Assembly (NCBI RefSeq): GCF_006345805.1
Contig: NC_043000.1
Span: 134,044,001 to 134,108,000 of the forward strand
Reading direction: 5' to 3'
Length of the DNA: 64,000 nt
Source: Octopus sinensis
Lineage: Eukaryota
Both the position numbers and the translations under genes were made by a program. Numbering within the stretch: position 1 is the stretch's first letter; every line of letters begins with the position of its first letter. The notes beneath the pieces are model-generated. The model was not told the DNA's origin and did not search any database. It worked only from the letters and a program-made list of their open reading frames with translations. Positions 24,836-36,085 of the stretch are shown in pieces.

Positions 24836-25348
24836 ATTGTCCCTCTCACTCCAACACCTCTAACCACCAAAGCTTTCTTCACTCCATCCATCCACATAAA
24901 CCGAGGTCTGCCTCTGATTCTGCTGCCTACCACTTCTGCCTTCATCACCCTCCTTACCATCCACTCCGTACCCATCCTCTCCATGTGGCCAAACCACCTC
25001 AACATTCGTCTATCCATACATAGATTTTCTCTCACCTCCTCATTCCTAATCCTGTCCATCCGTGTCACTCCAACCATTGCCCTCAAGCATCTCATCTTAA
25101 ACACATCTTGTCGCCTCTTTTCCGTCTCTCTCAGACCCCACGTCTCTTCACCATATAACATTGTCGGCACAATCACGCCCTCATAGACACCTCTTTTCGC
25201 TTTCATGCTCAATCTTTTAGCTCTCAGCATGCTTTTCACAACTCCAAGAATCTTACTCCCTTCCCTCATTCTATATCCCTCCTCCTCAGTCAATCCCCCA
25301 CCCGCCGTCACACGTGATCCTAGATACTTAAAAACACTCTCCCCTACG
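24836..25348 (-). mobile_element. RTE-clade LINE RT C-terminal remnant of a distinct family
   Basis: VFKYLGSRVT...KRLSMKAKRGVYEGVIVPTMLYGEETWGLRE...RCLRAMVGVTRMDRIRNEEVR...LRWFGHMERM...RGRPRFMWMDGVK. Confidence 0.85.
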
Positions 25349-26399
25349 TACCAGGTACAAACACCATTGACAGATATATCATTAGTAACATAGTTATTAA
25401 GTGTTGAATGTAAGGGAGACAACTATGCATTTAATATTGAACGTAATCTGCAGAACGAGATAAGGAAATTACGGAGATGTACTTGCATAGCATGTTACCT
25501 GATCTGAGATCGTGTGCTGGAACGAAAACAATTGCTTTATTTTATTCTATTTATTCTTTTTTTTTTTACATGCATACATATACAATACATACATATATCT
25601 ATACATACTCATATGTGCCTGCATGTACATACTTATACACTAACATACACAACACACAACACATACACACACATATACATCTACACATTCGCACATATGT
25701 ATCAAACAATGTACACTCATACGGTTATATATAACTGCATATATGTATTTTAGTACCATGCATTTCAACATGTATGTATGGATTACCACATATAAATGAG
25801 AGAGAGGAGGTGGCTATAGAATGGTACTCCTGAGTGGAATCTGGATGTTGCCCCATTCAGATTTTCAATAAAGAAAAGAAATTTTTTTAAAAACTGTTCG
25901 AGGTAACTCGTTGGTTTGTACCAACAAATATTATTTGTAAATGTGGATGGAGATTTATGCTGTGAGGAGAACAGAATGTAGATAACAGTATTCATTTCTC
26001 CCCATAGCATACAAACGTATCCAGATTTTTGGACTTGAAGATCAAGACAGATTGACGTTGGATAATAACAAAATGATGTAATGAGCATACAACCATTCCA
26101 GCTGATGGGTGGATATTAAAATGTCAATGTTGATAATAACATATAGATTTGGTTAACTATGTAGTTCCTCCTTGTATCTTTTGGTACATAAAGCAGTCTT
26201 TCACCCAATCGTTTGCGGTTTGTTTGATATTTTTGTTTTTTTGTTTTTTTGCTTACAACAGTCCCTTCTTTTAAGTCCCCTTTGATTCATATTTTATGCT
26301 GTAGTGCTCTGGAAGAAACTATAAAAAATATAGATTTAAACCTTTAATTTGTCAATTCCAGTGTAAAGTATATTCTTTATGTGAATATGTAAGACCTGT

Positions 26400-26830
26400 G
26401 TCTGCCACTCTCCACCTATCTATTTAAAGATGTCTATGGCTCTGGTACATTCACACTTAGAGATTGCATCACCAGTCTGGAACTCCTATCTTGTTCAGCA
26501 TATCAATCTCCTGGAAACTGTTCAGAAACGTGCAACCAGACAAATACATCTACCATACCCTGACCGTCTTGCTTCCTTGTGCATGGACACATTAAAGCTC
26601 CGATGTCTGGCAACTGACTTGGTAGACACCCACGAGATTACCCACCATCTTTCCAACAATGACCTTGGGCACCTTTTTGAATTCCACATGTCTAACACTC
26701 GTGGTCATGCTTGCAAAATCAGAAAACAACACAGTACCCGTGACTTTTGGAAATATTTTTTTACCCTTATAATTGCTGAAGCATGAAATAAACAACCTGC
26801 ATCAGTTATTAGTTGTTGGGACACTACATC
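26400..26830 (+). mobile_element. CR1/L2-type LINE C-terminal remnant
   Basis: LVHSHLEIASPVWNSY...LLETVQKRATR...TRGHACKIRK...FWKYFFT...A*NKQPASVI follows the CR1 end-of-ORF2 pattern. Confidence 0.8.
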
Positions 26831-28372
26831 CTTCAAAACTTCCATACTTCCTGCCCCACTCACTTTTCACTTCCACAGTGAACTCACTGTTCACTGTTCA
26901 CTTCCTGAGCGTTATTCTATGTACTGTTCATGCAGTTCTTATTTCTTTATTGCCCACAAGGGGCTATACATAGATGGGACAAACAAGGACAAACAAAGGG
27001 ATTAAGTCTATTACATCAATCCCAGTGCGTAACTGGTACTTAATTTATCGACCCCAAAAGGATGAAAGGCAAAGTCGACCTCGGCGGAATTTGAACTCAG
27101 AACATAAGGGCAGACGAAATACCGCTAAGTATTTCACCCGGCGTGCTAACGTTTCTGCCAGCTCGCCGCCTTCTGTTCATGCACTTCTGCTTACTTTTGA
27201 TAAGTTGTAGTGCACCTGAGCATCACATACAATAAGTTCATCATTTTTTATTTTTTATTTTTATGAAACCCAGAGACAAAGCACTGAAACTGAGGCAAGA
27301 GGATTCAGCTCCAAATGACTTTTAAAAAAATGTCAGAGATCCAATGGCAAGAGTTCATTAACAATAACTAAAGTTGAAAGTTAATTCAGAGCCCATCCCT
27401 AACATTAAATAAATAATAATAAAAAACAGAATAGTGTCAATATCAAGGATGTGTAATGAGGTTAAGAGATTCTCCAATATCTCCACTTTGGGCATTTTGT
27501 TTATCAGGACATAATTGTATCAGTATCTCATTGTTTTACATGTTACCATGAGTAAGATGCTTTCAAAAGATATAATGGCTTTCCTTGATATAGTTAGAGA
27601 GATGTTTCTTTTATCTTTCACTTGTTTCAGCCATTAGGCTGTGGCCATGCTGGGGCACCACCTTGAAGAATGTTTAGTCGCATGTATTGGCCCCAGTACT
27701 TAATTTTGCTGAACCGCTAAGTAACAGGGATATAAACACACCAACACCAGTTGTCAAACGGTAATGAGGGATGTAAAATTAAATGACTTTTATATTTTAT
27801 TCTCATCTATGTCAACTTCATTTTAAACTTTCTCCACAAAACTGAGCTATGTGCCTATGATAAAATTTGTTCTACATTTGGGTTTATTCATTCATTAAGC
27901 CCTTCACTCCCTGTAGAACATAGGCTATTAACAACTTCTCTCCACTCTGGACTGTCTTTCTGCAGTTTCCCTGAGCAAGGGTCTTCCTCTTCCAGGTCTA
28001 GGATTGTCATCAATAATTCTGTAACTTTGTTTTTATCTAGGTAAGAGTGTTGGCTTTACACAAATCCATTTTTACCTCAGAGAAGAGGTAGTCTGGCCCC
28101 AATCGTTTTGAATTATACAGCATGGGGAGCCCCTACCAAGAGCTTGTGCTCCACTGACATAACCATCAAGGCCATTGAGGCATACAAGCCACCACTTCAC
28201 AATAAAGACAAGAACTTGTGGTGGATTTTTAGGTTTAGCAGACACCAACATGAAAATTTGACAATTGCTTTCAATTTGTATAGCAATTTTACCTTCAAAT
28301 GCTATTAATGGTGTCTGATATCAACACAGGACCAGAAATTTTAAGGCAAGGGGTTAGTTACAGTTCTATATT

Positions 28373-28590
28373 TAAGAGATGAGGAATTATGTACATTATT
28401 TACATTCAACGGATATTCGTTCTCATCTTGTTTGTTGTTAACACAACGTTTCGGCTGATATACCCTCCAGCCTTCATCAGGTGTCTTGGGGAAATTTCGA
28501 ACCTGGATCCTAAGGTATTTTTCGATGTTATTATTATTATTATTATTATTATTTAGGTCACTGCCTGGAATCGAACTCGGAATCTTGGGG
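28373..28590 (-). mobile_element. SINE-like element: tRNA-type B-box head, (TAA)n linker, hammerhead-containing tail
   Basis: Minus strand reads ccccaagattccGAGTTCGATTCCaggcagtgacc, then a (TAA)n tract, then ...ccccaagacacCTGATGAaggctggagggtatatcagccGAAAcgttgtgtt. The A-box is absent because the copy is 5'-truncated. Confidence 0.65.
28441..28484 (-). ncRNA. Minimal type I hammerhead ribozyme with palindromic stem III
   Basis: ACAC CUGAUGA A GGCUG gaggguauau CAGCC GAA ACGU U / GUGU. Stem I 4 bp, stem II 5 bp, stem III is the ACGU palindrome typical of PLE-type minimal HHRs. Confidence 0.85.
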
Positions 28591-29159
28591 ATTCCATATT
28601 CAGTGGAATATGAACTGAGAACGTAAAAAGTGACTAAATGCTACAAAGCATTTTGCTTGACATTCTAACAATTCTGCCAGCTTGCCACCCTATATTCAAG
28701 AGTAAAAGGTGGCGAGCTGGCAGAAACGTTAGCACGCCGGGCGAAATGCGTGGCCGTTTTTCGTCTGCCGTTACGTTCTGAGTTCAAATTCCGCTGAGGT
28801 CGACTTTGCCTTTCATCCTTTCGGGGTCGATGAATTAAGTACCAGTTGCGCACTGGGGTCGATGTAATCGACTTAATCCCTTTGTCTGTCCTTGTTTGTC
28901 CCCTCTGTGTTTAGCCCCTTGTGGGTAGTAAAGAAATATATATTTAAGAGTAATAATAATAATAATCACAACTATCTTATTTATCTGTAAAAACCATACA
29001 CTTATAATAAAATTAGTGTCACTGATACGTTTTGAAGCACGTAAGAACATTTGTGAAAGTTAGAAAAAAAGATGCAGTTATTGAATCCCAGTCAACCCTG
29101 ATAGAGAAGTTCCATGATAAAAAAAGGCATTCTACCCATGAACATCCTGTCTTTTACAG

Positions 29160-29440
29160 ACACTAAACACCTAAAGCTCCACGAGGCTCCGGCAGGGGAT
29201 GGTGGTGATCCCTGCTGTACTCTTTCACCACGACTTTCTTCCTGTTTCTGTTGTACCTGTATTTCAAATGGCCGGCCTTGTCACTCTCTGTGTCACGCTG
29301 AATATCCCCGAGAACTACGTTAAGGGTGCACGTGTCTGTGGAGTGCTCAGCCACTTACACGTTAATTTCACGAGCAGGCTGTTCCGTTGATTCGGATCAA
29401 CCGGAACCCTCGTCGTCGTAACCGACGGAGTGCTTCCATT
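29160..29440 (+). mobile_element. SINE-like fragment sharing the body of the 19245-19788 family but with a different tail
   Basis: cacctaaagctccacgaggctccggcag...ctgctgtactctttcaccacgactttct aligns with the 19.6-kb body. The downstream gaactacgttaagggtgcacgtg...ccgacggagtgc does not. Confidence 0.5.
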
Positions 29441-30499
29441 TACAGACACTGAAGGAAACCTATGTAATAAGACCTATTTAATATTGGCAGGAAACTTGGT
29501 CGTATTTCTAGTAGACCAAGCAATGTAGATGCTCCTTGCCAGTGTATGAGTGAAGAGAATTAAACATTTCTTATGTAAAGAACAATTGTAAACTGACAAT
29601 GAGTGTTAGACCAGATCTGGGGTTTTATATAATTATTCCATTAAATATGTAAATGAGAAAAGTTTGGCATTTTAAAAAGAAATCATTTAACTAGATAACA
29701 AGGGCGATAAGTGGTACGGATTGCTGGACTGTACTAGCAATATTTGGTTATGCCCCTTCCTATTCTGAATTCTAGTTTGAGGTCAGGTCAATTAAAGAAA
29801 TAAAAACCATCTTCTAGAATTCATAGTTTGGAATATTAGAAATCATTGTAGCCCTGACCTGATTTCCTTTTAAAATGATATATATATATATATATATGTA
29901 TATGCATTCTTAAAATGAATCCCCCAATAAATATTAGGCCAGAATTAGATTATATTTAATTCATCCAATCTAGGTTCTATTTGTCAAGTTCGCATTAAAT
30001 TTGAAACTGTAACCCAAACATTGCTCAGTCCAACATCAGAACTTTTGATGATTTTTCCAAGCTTGAAACAGGACTTCAAACAAAATCTTATAAAGTAATG
30101 CTATTCTTCTTCTTCACCATCACCACCACCATCGTCATCATCAAACGTCTACTGTCCATGCTGGCATTGGTTGGACAGTTTGACTGGGCTGGCATGCTTG
30201 AAGGCTGTGCAAGGCTCCATTCTTGATTTGGTATGGTTTTCTACAGCTGGATGCCTTTCCTAATGCCAACCACTCTGAGAATGTAATGGGTGCTATTATG
30301 TGCCACCAGCACAGGTACCATTTGCATGACACAGGTATCTGCCACGACTGCAATTTTGCTCGACTTGATGGGTCTTCTTCTCAAACATGACATAATGCCA
30401 AAGGTCTTGGTCATTGCCTCCGTGAGGCCTAACACTTGAAAGGTACTTGGCCACTTTGACTCCATGAGGCCCAATGCTCGAAAGGAACTCAGCCAACTT

Positions 30500-31219
30500 G
30501 TCTCCATGATGTATGAGCTTTAAATTTTATTTCATGTTTTTTATAATGTTGGACACTTGTCACTTAGCACTTAAAAATATATTAAAAAATGACCCTCCCA
30601 AAATACAACAAAAGTTAAGTTGTTTAAACTCTATGAACACAGGTCAATCAACTTCCTCATATTAAAAACAATGATACATGTATGTTCTTGAAACAGTTGA
30701 CAGCAGCATCTATCAAAACAACAAATATACAAAATATTCAAATACAAAGGAGGCAAAAAAAAAACAAAAAAACAAATCCATTCAGTACAAATTATTTATT
30801 AAATGACATGGCAATTTCATATTTATATATATATATACATATATACACACATGCACGCCCAGACAAATGATGTGTATATATGCATATATTACATACATAC
30901 ACAAGTAAAATACATACGCACATGCATTCACACTACCATCAACTTTAGAAGAAACCTGTAATTTGCTTGCGTGAATGTGTGTATACATATACATACATGC
31001 TTGCATGCACACACTCACACACTAATACAGATAATTCCTATTATATATACATATATAATATACAGTGTATATATGTGTATGTACATATATATGTACATAC
31101 ATATATGTATAAACATACATATATACATATATAATATATACACATATATTAAATATATGTATACATACATACGCAGACTTACACAAACTGTCTCCCTCTC
31201 TCTCTCTTTATATATATAA

Positions 31220-31266
<47 letters not shown>

Positions 31267-31917
31267 CATATCTATATATATCTCACTCACTCATAAAAAT
31301 ATTAAACACGGATGTAAACAAAAAGACACATGCACTTAAAGAAACACACATGCACATAATAAAATACATGTGCCAGAAATATATATATATATATATAGTC
31401 CTACAAAAATTAAGTGGAAAATCCTGAATCAGTTGAGCTTGACAAACGTGGGACATCAATCAGCAGACAATAATGCCAAGTTGGCACAAACTAAAATTGG
31501 TCTTAAAAAAAATCTCTACAGAAAGCTATTGAAGTTGCACCCAGCAGATACCACTCATGACACAACTTAATATAAAAAAAAAAAAAAAAAACGAATAACG
31601 AAGCACAGCTCCTTTTTAATATAGGCAAAACCCAGATTGATGTGTGTTAGAGACCAAGATAAAAATTGTGAAAAATGTTGCTAGCAACAAAGGAGAAGAG
31701 TTAAAGAAAAAGAAAGAGTGGAGACATCAACGACGACGACAACAACAACAACAACGTGACCAATGTATAGATAAAACATAGATGATAGAACAACTCATTG
31801 ACTTTAACCATCCATTCTCAGCTTTATATAATGCAGCAGTTGACTTAAATTAATGCCAGTTGCAATAAATGTCTTAAAAATAAAATTTCTCTTGCAGTAT
31901 GAGTGTGTCTGTGTATG

Positions 31918-31966
<49 letters not shown>

Positions 31967-34900
31967 GTATATATATATATGTATGTATATGTATATATAG
32001 ATATATGCATATATTGCATGTGCACATGTAACCAGACATGTGCATGCAGACCTATCTGTGTAGAAGTTGGTGCCTATAACCAAATATTTAAAATATTTTT
32101 TGTTGCTTTTTTTTTCTTCCCCCCACTTTCCTTTGCCAATGCTTTTTTTTTCTTTTTTCTTTTTTTTTTCCCCTTTAATTTCCCATGCTAGCATGGAGTA
32201 AATGGTTCTACAAATCCAAGTGTATTTTGCAAGAACTGTTTTATGCATGGGTGCATTCTCGAAAGTGAATCACTTAGCCAGAAAGCAAAAAAAGTGATCT
32301 ATTTAATACTCCAGCTATTCTGTACAGGTATTTTAAAAAAGAAAAAATGAAAAAATTCACTTTTGTCAGAAAAACTCTCAACTTTCAGATCAGAGGACCT
32401 TTATCAACCTACTTTAAAAATATTATTATTGAAGCTTTTAAAGGAAAGCTTCAAAAACGGTTTAAAAATATGCCCATACTTGTCAATGTGATTATTTCGT
32501 TAAGAATTAATTGTAAGTCAAGAACGATGTCGAGTTATGAAGAAAACAGCTGATATCAAGCTTCTTGTGAGAAACTGTTCTAAAATAAAAGTAAACGCTT
32601 TGGGGGAAAACCAGATTAAAGAGAATAGAAAGGGAAGAACAAATGAAATATCTTCCCAGTTGTGAAAGCAATTGATACCATACACAACAGTGGGAGGGAA
32701 AAAAGAGGGAGAGGTGAAAATAACAGAACAGTTAATATTCTTTCACATTCACTCACACACACACACACACATAAATAAAATAAATTTTTGCTACTGCATG
32801 CTAAAAAGCTTATAAAAATGACAATATAGTTGCATTCGTTACTAATTATATTACTTGTTGATTAGTTTCAATTTTAAGCAGTTCATGCTACCTTCTGTTC
32901 TGAGATGCACACAGTAACTGATAGAGAAAATCTATTAAGTAGACTATTAAGTAAACTTATCAAGGATTCTAGCAAAGGTACCAGTAACTTTCTACCATGA
33001 AGAATGAAGGTTCAATAATATATATACATATAAAAACAAAGCAGACTCTAAAGGGACTCTAAAGAAAACTGCTATAAATTACCCAAAGATGCTGTTTTTC
33101 ATAACTGTTTCATCTTTTCAATGAAAGGCAGAAAACATTGTTTTTGACTTACAATTAAAGAAATGAAATTTGATTTTGATTGATATTTTCCCCCCTTTAG
33201 GTTTCTACAGAATAAGAAATGAGTTTGAAGTGTGTCGAATTTGTCAATAAATGTTTATGACTATAAAAATACAGGCCAAAATTAACATGGCCTAGGGTAG
33301 TTTTGAAGTTAATTAGCAGTTTCTCATTTTTTTTCAAATATCTTTACGTGTAGGCACTTAACATTGAATTCATTTAGAGCTGAAAGTTGTCTGTAAAAGA
33401 TGATAGCATCCGTAGTGATGAATAGGAACAATTCCTAAAATTACAAATACTAAAAGAGCACAAATGTTTATTAAAAACAAATTCAAAAAACAGAAATTTT
33501 CTTAGGTGATTTGAAAGTTAACTGACACTTTTCTCAGCTTTCTGCTTTCAGTATATCTTAAATGCTAAATATGTTGCAGTCTTTTGTTGTGTGGACAATA
33601 AATGATATTAATACACCAACAAAATATTACAAAAGTAAAATTTGATTTAAATAAACATGAAAGAAATAAAGCTTGTTCTCTTTAAATAATTTCTGTAGTT
33701 GATTTGAGTTTCAGCCGCATCGAACTGTTTAAGTAAGAAAACCTCATGTTAAAGCTATGTGAAGAACAATGGTCAGAGGCGCTACCACTTAAACAACGAC
33801 ATGTGGAATGATTGGGATGCATAAGATTTTTTTACTTTAATTTAGTTATTTTCTCATCTTTTGTGGAAATTTTAAAATTATATACAATTGTTAAATTTTC
33901 AGCCCAGGATCATTTTCGTCAGTTCTAAACTATATTGAGAGAGAGAAGGAAGAGGAGGCAAAAAAAAAAACAGAAGAGTTATGATTACAGAAAAGGAAAA
34001 GAAGAGCATTTCAAGTTTCTTTTAAGCTTAAAAAAAAAAAGGGAAAACAAACAAAAAAACCATACATATATTTACAACATGGAACCATCTTCAGAACTGG
34101 CACCTGCTGATTGCCCACAATAGTCAGACTGCAACTACAATATTTAACAATGGTACACCAACTTAGTTCCAAATAGATTAATGCACTTGCCCGTTATATA
34201 AAAACTAGAAAACCGTTGCCTGCCTGCGTGAATTAGGAACGGCCCACTCTGGCTTATTCAAAGAAAAAAAAAATAGCATACAAACAATACATAAAAAAAA
34301 AAAAAATCACTTTTGGGTTTTTGACTTAAAAATTACTTTCAGATGTGTTGTGCAGTTTTCATTTTCTCTTAGTTTCTCCCTCTCTACTTCTCTTTCATAT
34401 TTTCAAGATGACCTAGGTCCAGTTAGATAATTGCCTCTTTGCATGCAATGTACAACATGGTCCAACCTTACATATAGGGGTGGAATTGGAATAATCAATG
34501 AAATTAAATTAATTTTATCACACACACACGCACACACAAAATTTTATATAAATGATTAGAGATTTCCAGCAGGGAGAAGGTTCCTTGGAGATTTCCAGCA
34601 GGGAGAAGGTTCCTTGGTATGTGTTTATTTTTTGTCATCTTATGTTGTTTTTTGTTTTTTTGCTTTTTTTTAAAATTTATGTTTGTATTTGAGTAATCCA
34701 CAATCTGAAGACTTAAAACCATAGTCAGCACATTTCAATCAGAGTATTGGTTAATCGATTTATCATTCTCTCTCTCTCTCTCTCTCTCTCCTTTATTTAT
34801 GTTGTTTGAATAGAGGTTCAATGTCAATATAAGAATTCAAGAGCTGTACTGTTTTCTGCCAAATTTTCCACATACCATACAGATTGCTGGTTAAGAAAAT

Positions 34901-36053
34901 GACAAAATAAAATAAAACAACACACAAAAAAAATCTGCTGCCTGACCACCGGATTGAAGTTAGGTAACATGTTTAAGCATAAGTAGTTTGACAGAAGTAT
35001 TTTTTCTCTGTAAGCAGATTTTTTTTTTTTTTTTTTTTTTGTTTATTAAACTGTTTTTTTAAATAGCAGCAAATGTTGTTCCAAAACTTCCTGCTTAGGT
35101 CAACTGAGCAGATGAGAGAGGAGTAATGTAGAGGCAAAACTGCAGCAGATAGACCTAAAATTAACATAAGTTTCATAATGGGATAAATAATATATTAGTT
35201 CTACATATCCATACTTCTGAGAATTTCCCTTTTTTTTTTTTTTTTTTTCTTTCTTCTTTTTTCTTAACTCCTTCCTTGTAAAAACCGATTCTTTAATCAG
35301 TGCAAACAATACAGAGTTCTTTTCTTTAAATATTTTTTTTGCTACAAATTTCAAAACAAGGTCTTGAAATTAAGTTATTAATACACAAATGAAGAGAATT
35401 CTGTTTCGTTTTTGTTTTTTGTTTTTTTGTTGTCTTTTTTTTACCAAATAGTGTTCAGGCTAAGAATTTTTTTTTTTTTTTCCATAAATGTTACTGAATG
35501 ATGGGAGAAAGATGAAGAAACCAGAACTATTTGAAAATAGATGTGTTTTATATTGGCTATGTTGTCTGGATGAATGAAACAAATAATTCCGATCTGAACT
35601 GATTTTCTTTTCAGTTTCTGTTCAATGAAGTTTATATTCGTTAAAAAGAGAGAAGATATATCTAAAAATATACAAAATAAACTTGAATTTCTCCTTAGTC
35701 TTCAAGCATAATTGATGGCTGATAATGTAATGTGTTCATTTGCTGCAAAATTGGTATCAGCAATCTAGTGAAATTTATAAATAGTGACAGGAAAGGTGAG
35801 ATAGCTAATGACCAAAGACATATGAGTAGCCGTATTTTGAAGTCAGTAAGGTAAATAGCCAATCACAACTGGTCAACATGTGATGAGGAACTATAAAGTT
35901 AGACTTTCTGGAAAAACTGTCAGATCTGTTTTCATATCCACACCAGTAAACTTTTTTTTTTATTCTACAGAGGATTCATTTCAGATTAAAATTATTATGA
36001 TAGTGTCGAGTTGAGAAATGCCTCGAGACGCTGCACCCAAGAAAATGTCCATC
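30500..36053 (-). other. Probable long 3' UTR of the RAPGEF2 homologue (distal end uncertain)
   Basis: Follows the stop codon. U-rich on the minus strand, with no recognisable SINE/LINE until ~30500 and several minus-strand AATAAA candidates (e.g. 33466-33471, 30526-30531). Confidence 0.45.
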
Positions 36054-36085
36054 TCAGACAGCAGAAACTTGTTCTTCATCAACTT
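36054..36085 (-). CDS. RAPGEF2: RAPGEF2/PDZ-GEF homologue, terminal coding exon ending in a class I PDZ-binding motif
   Basis: Acceptor tttttgcag, then AA GTT GAT GAA GAA CAA GTT TCT GCT GTC TGA = (E)VDEEQVSAV*. This matches the EQVSAV C-terminus characteristic of RAPGEF2/6 and is in phase with the 46473 donor. Confidence 0.9.
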
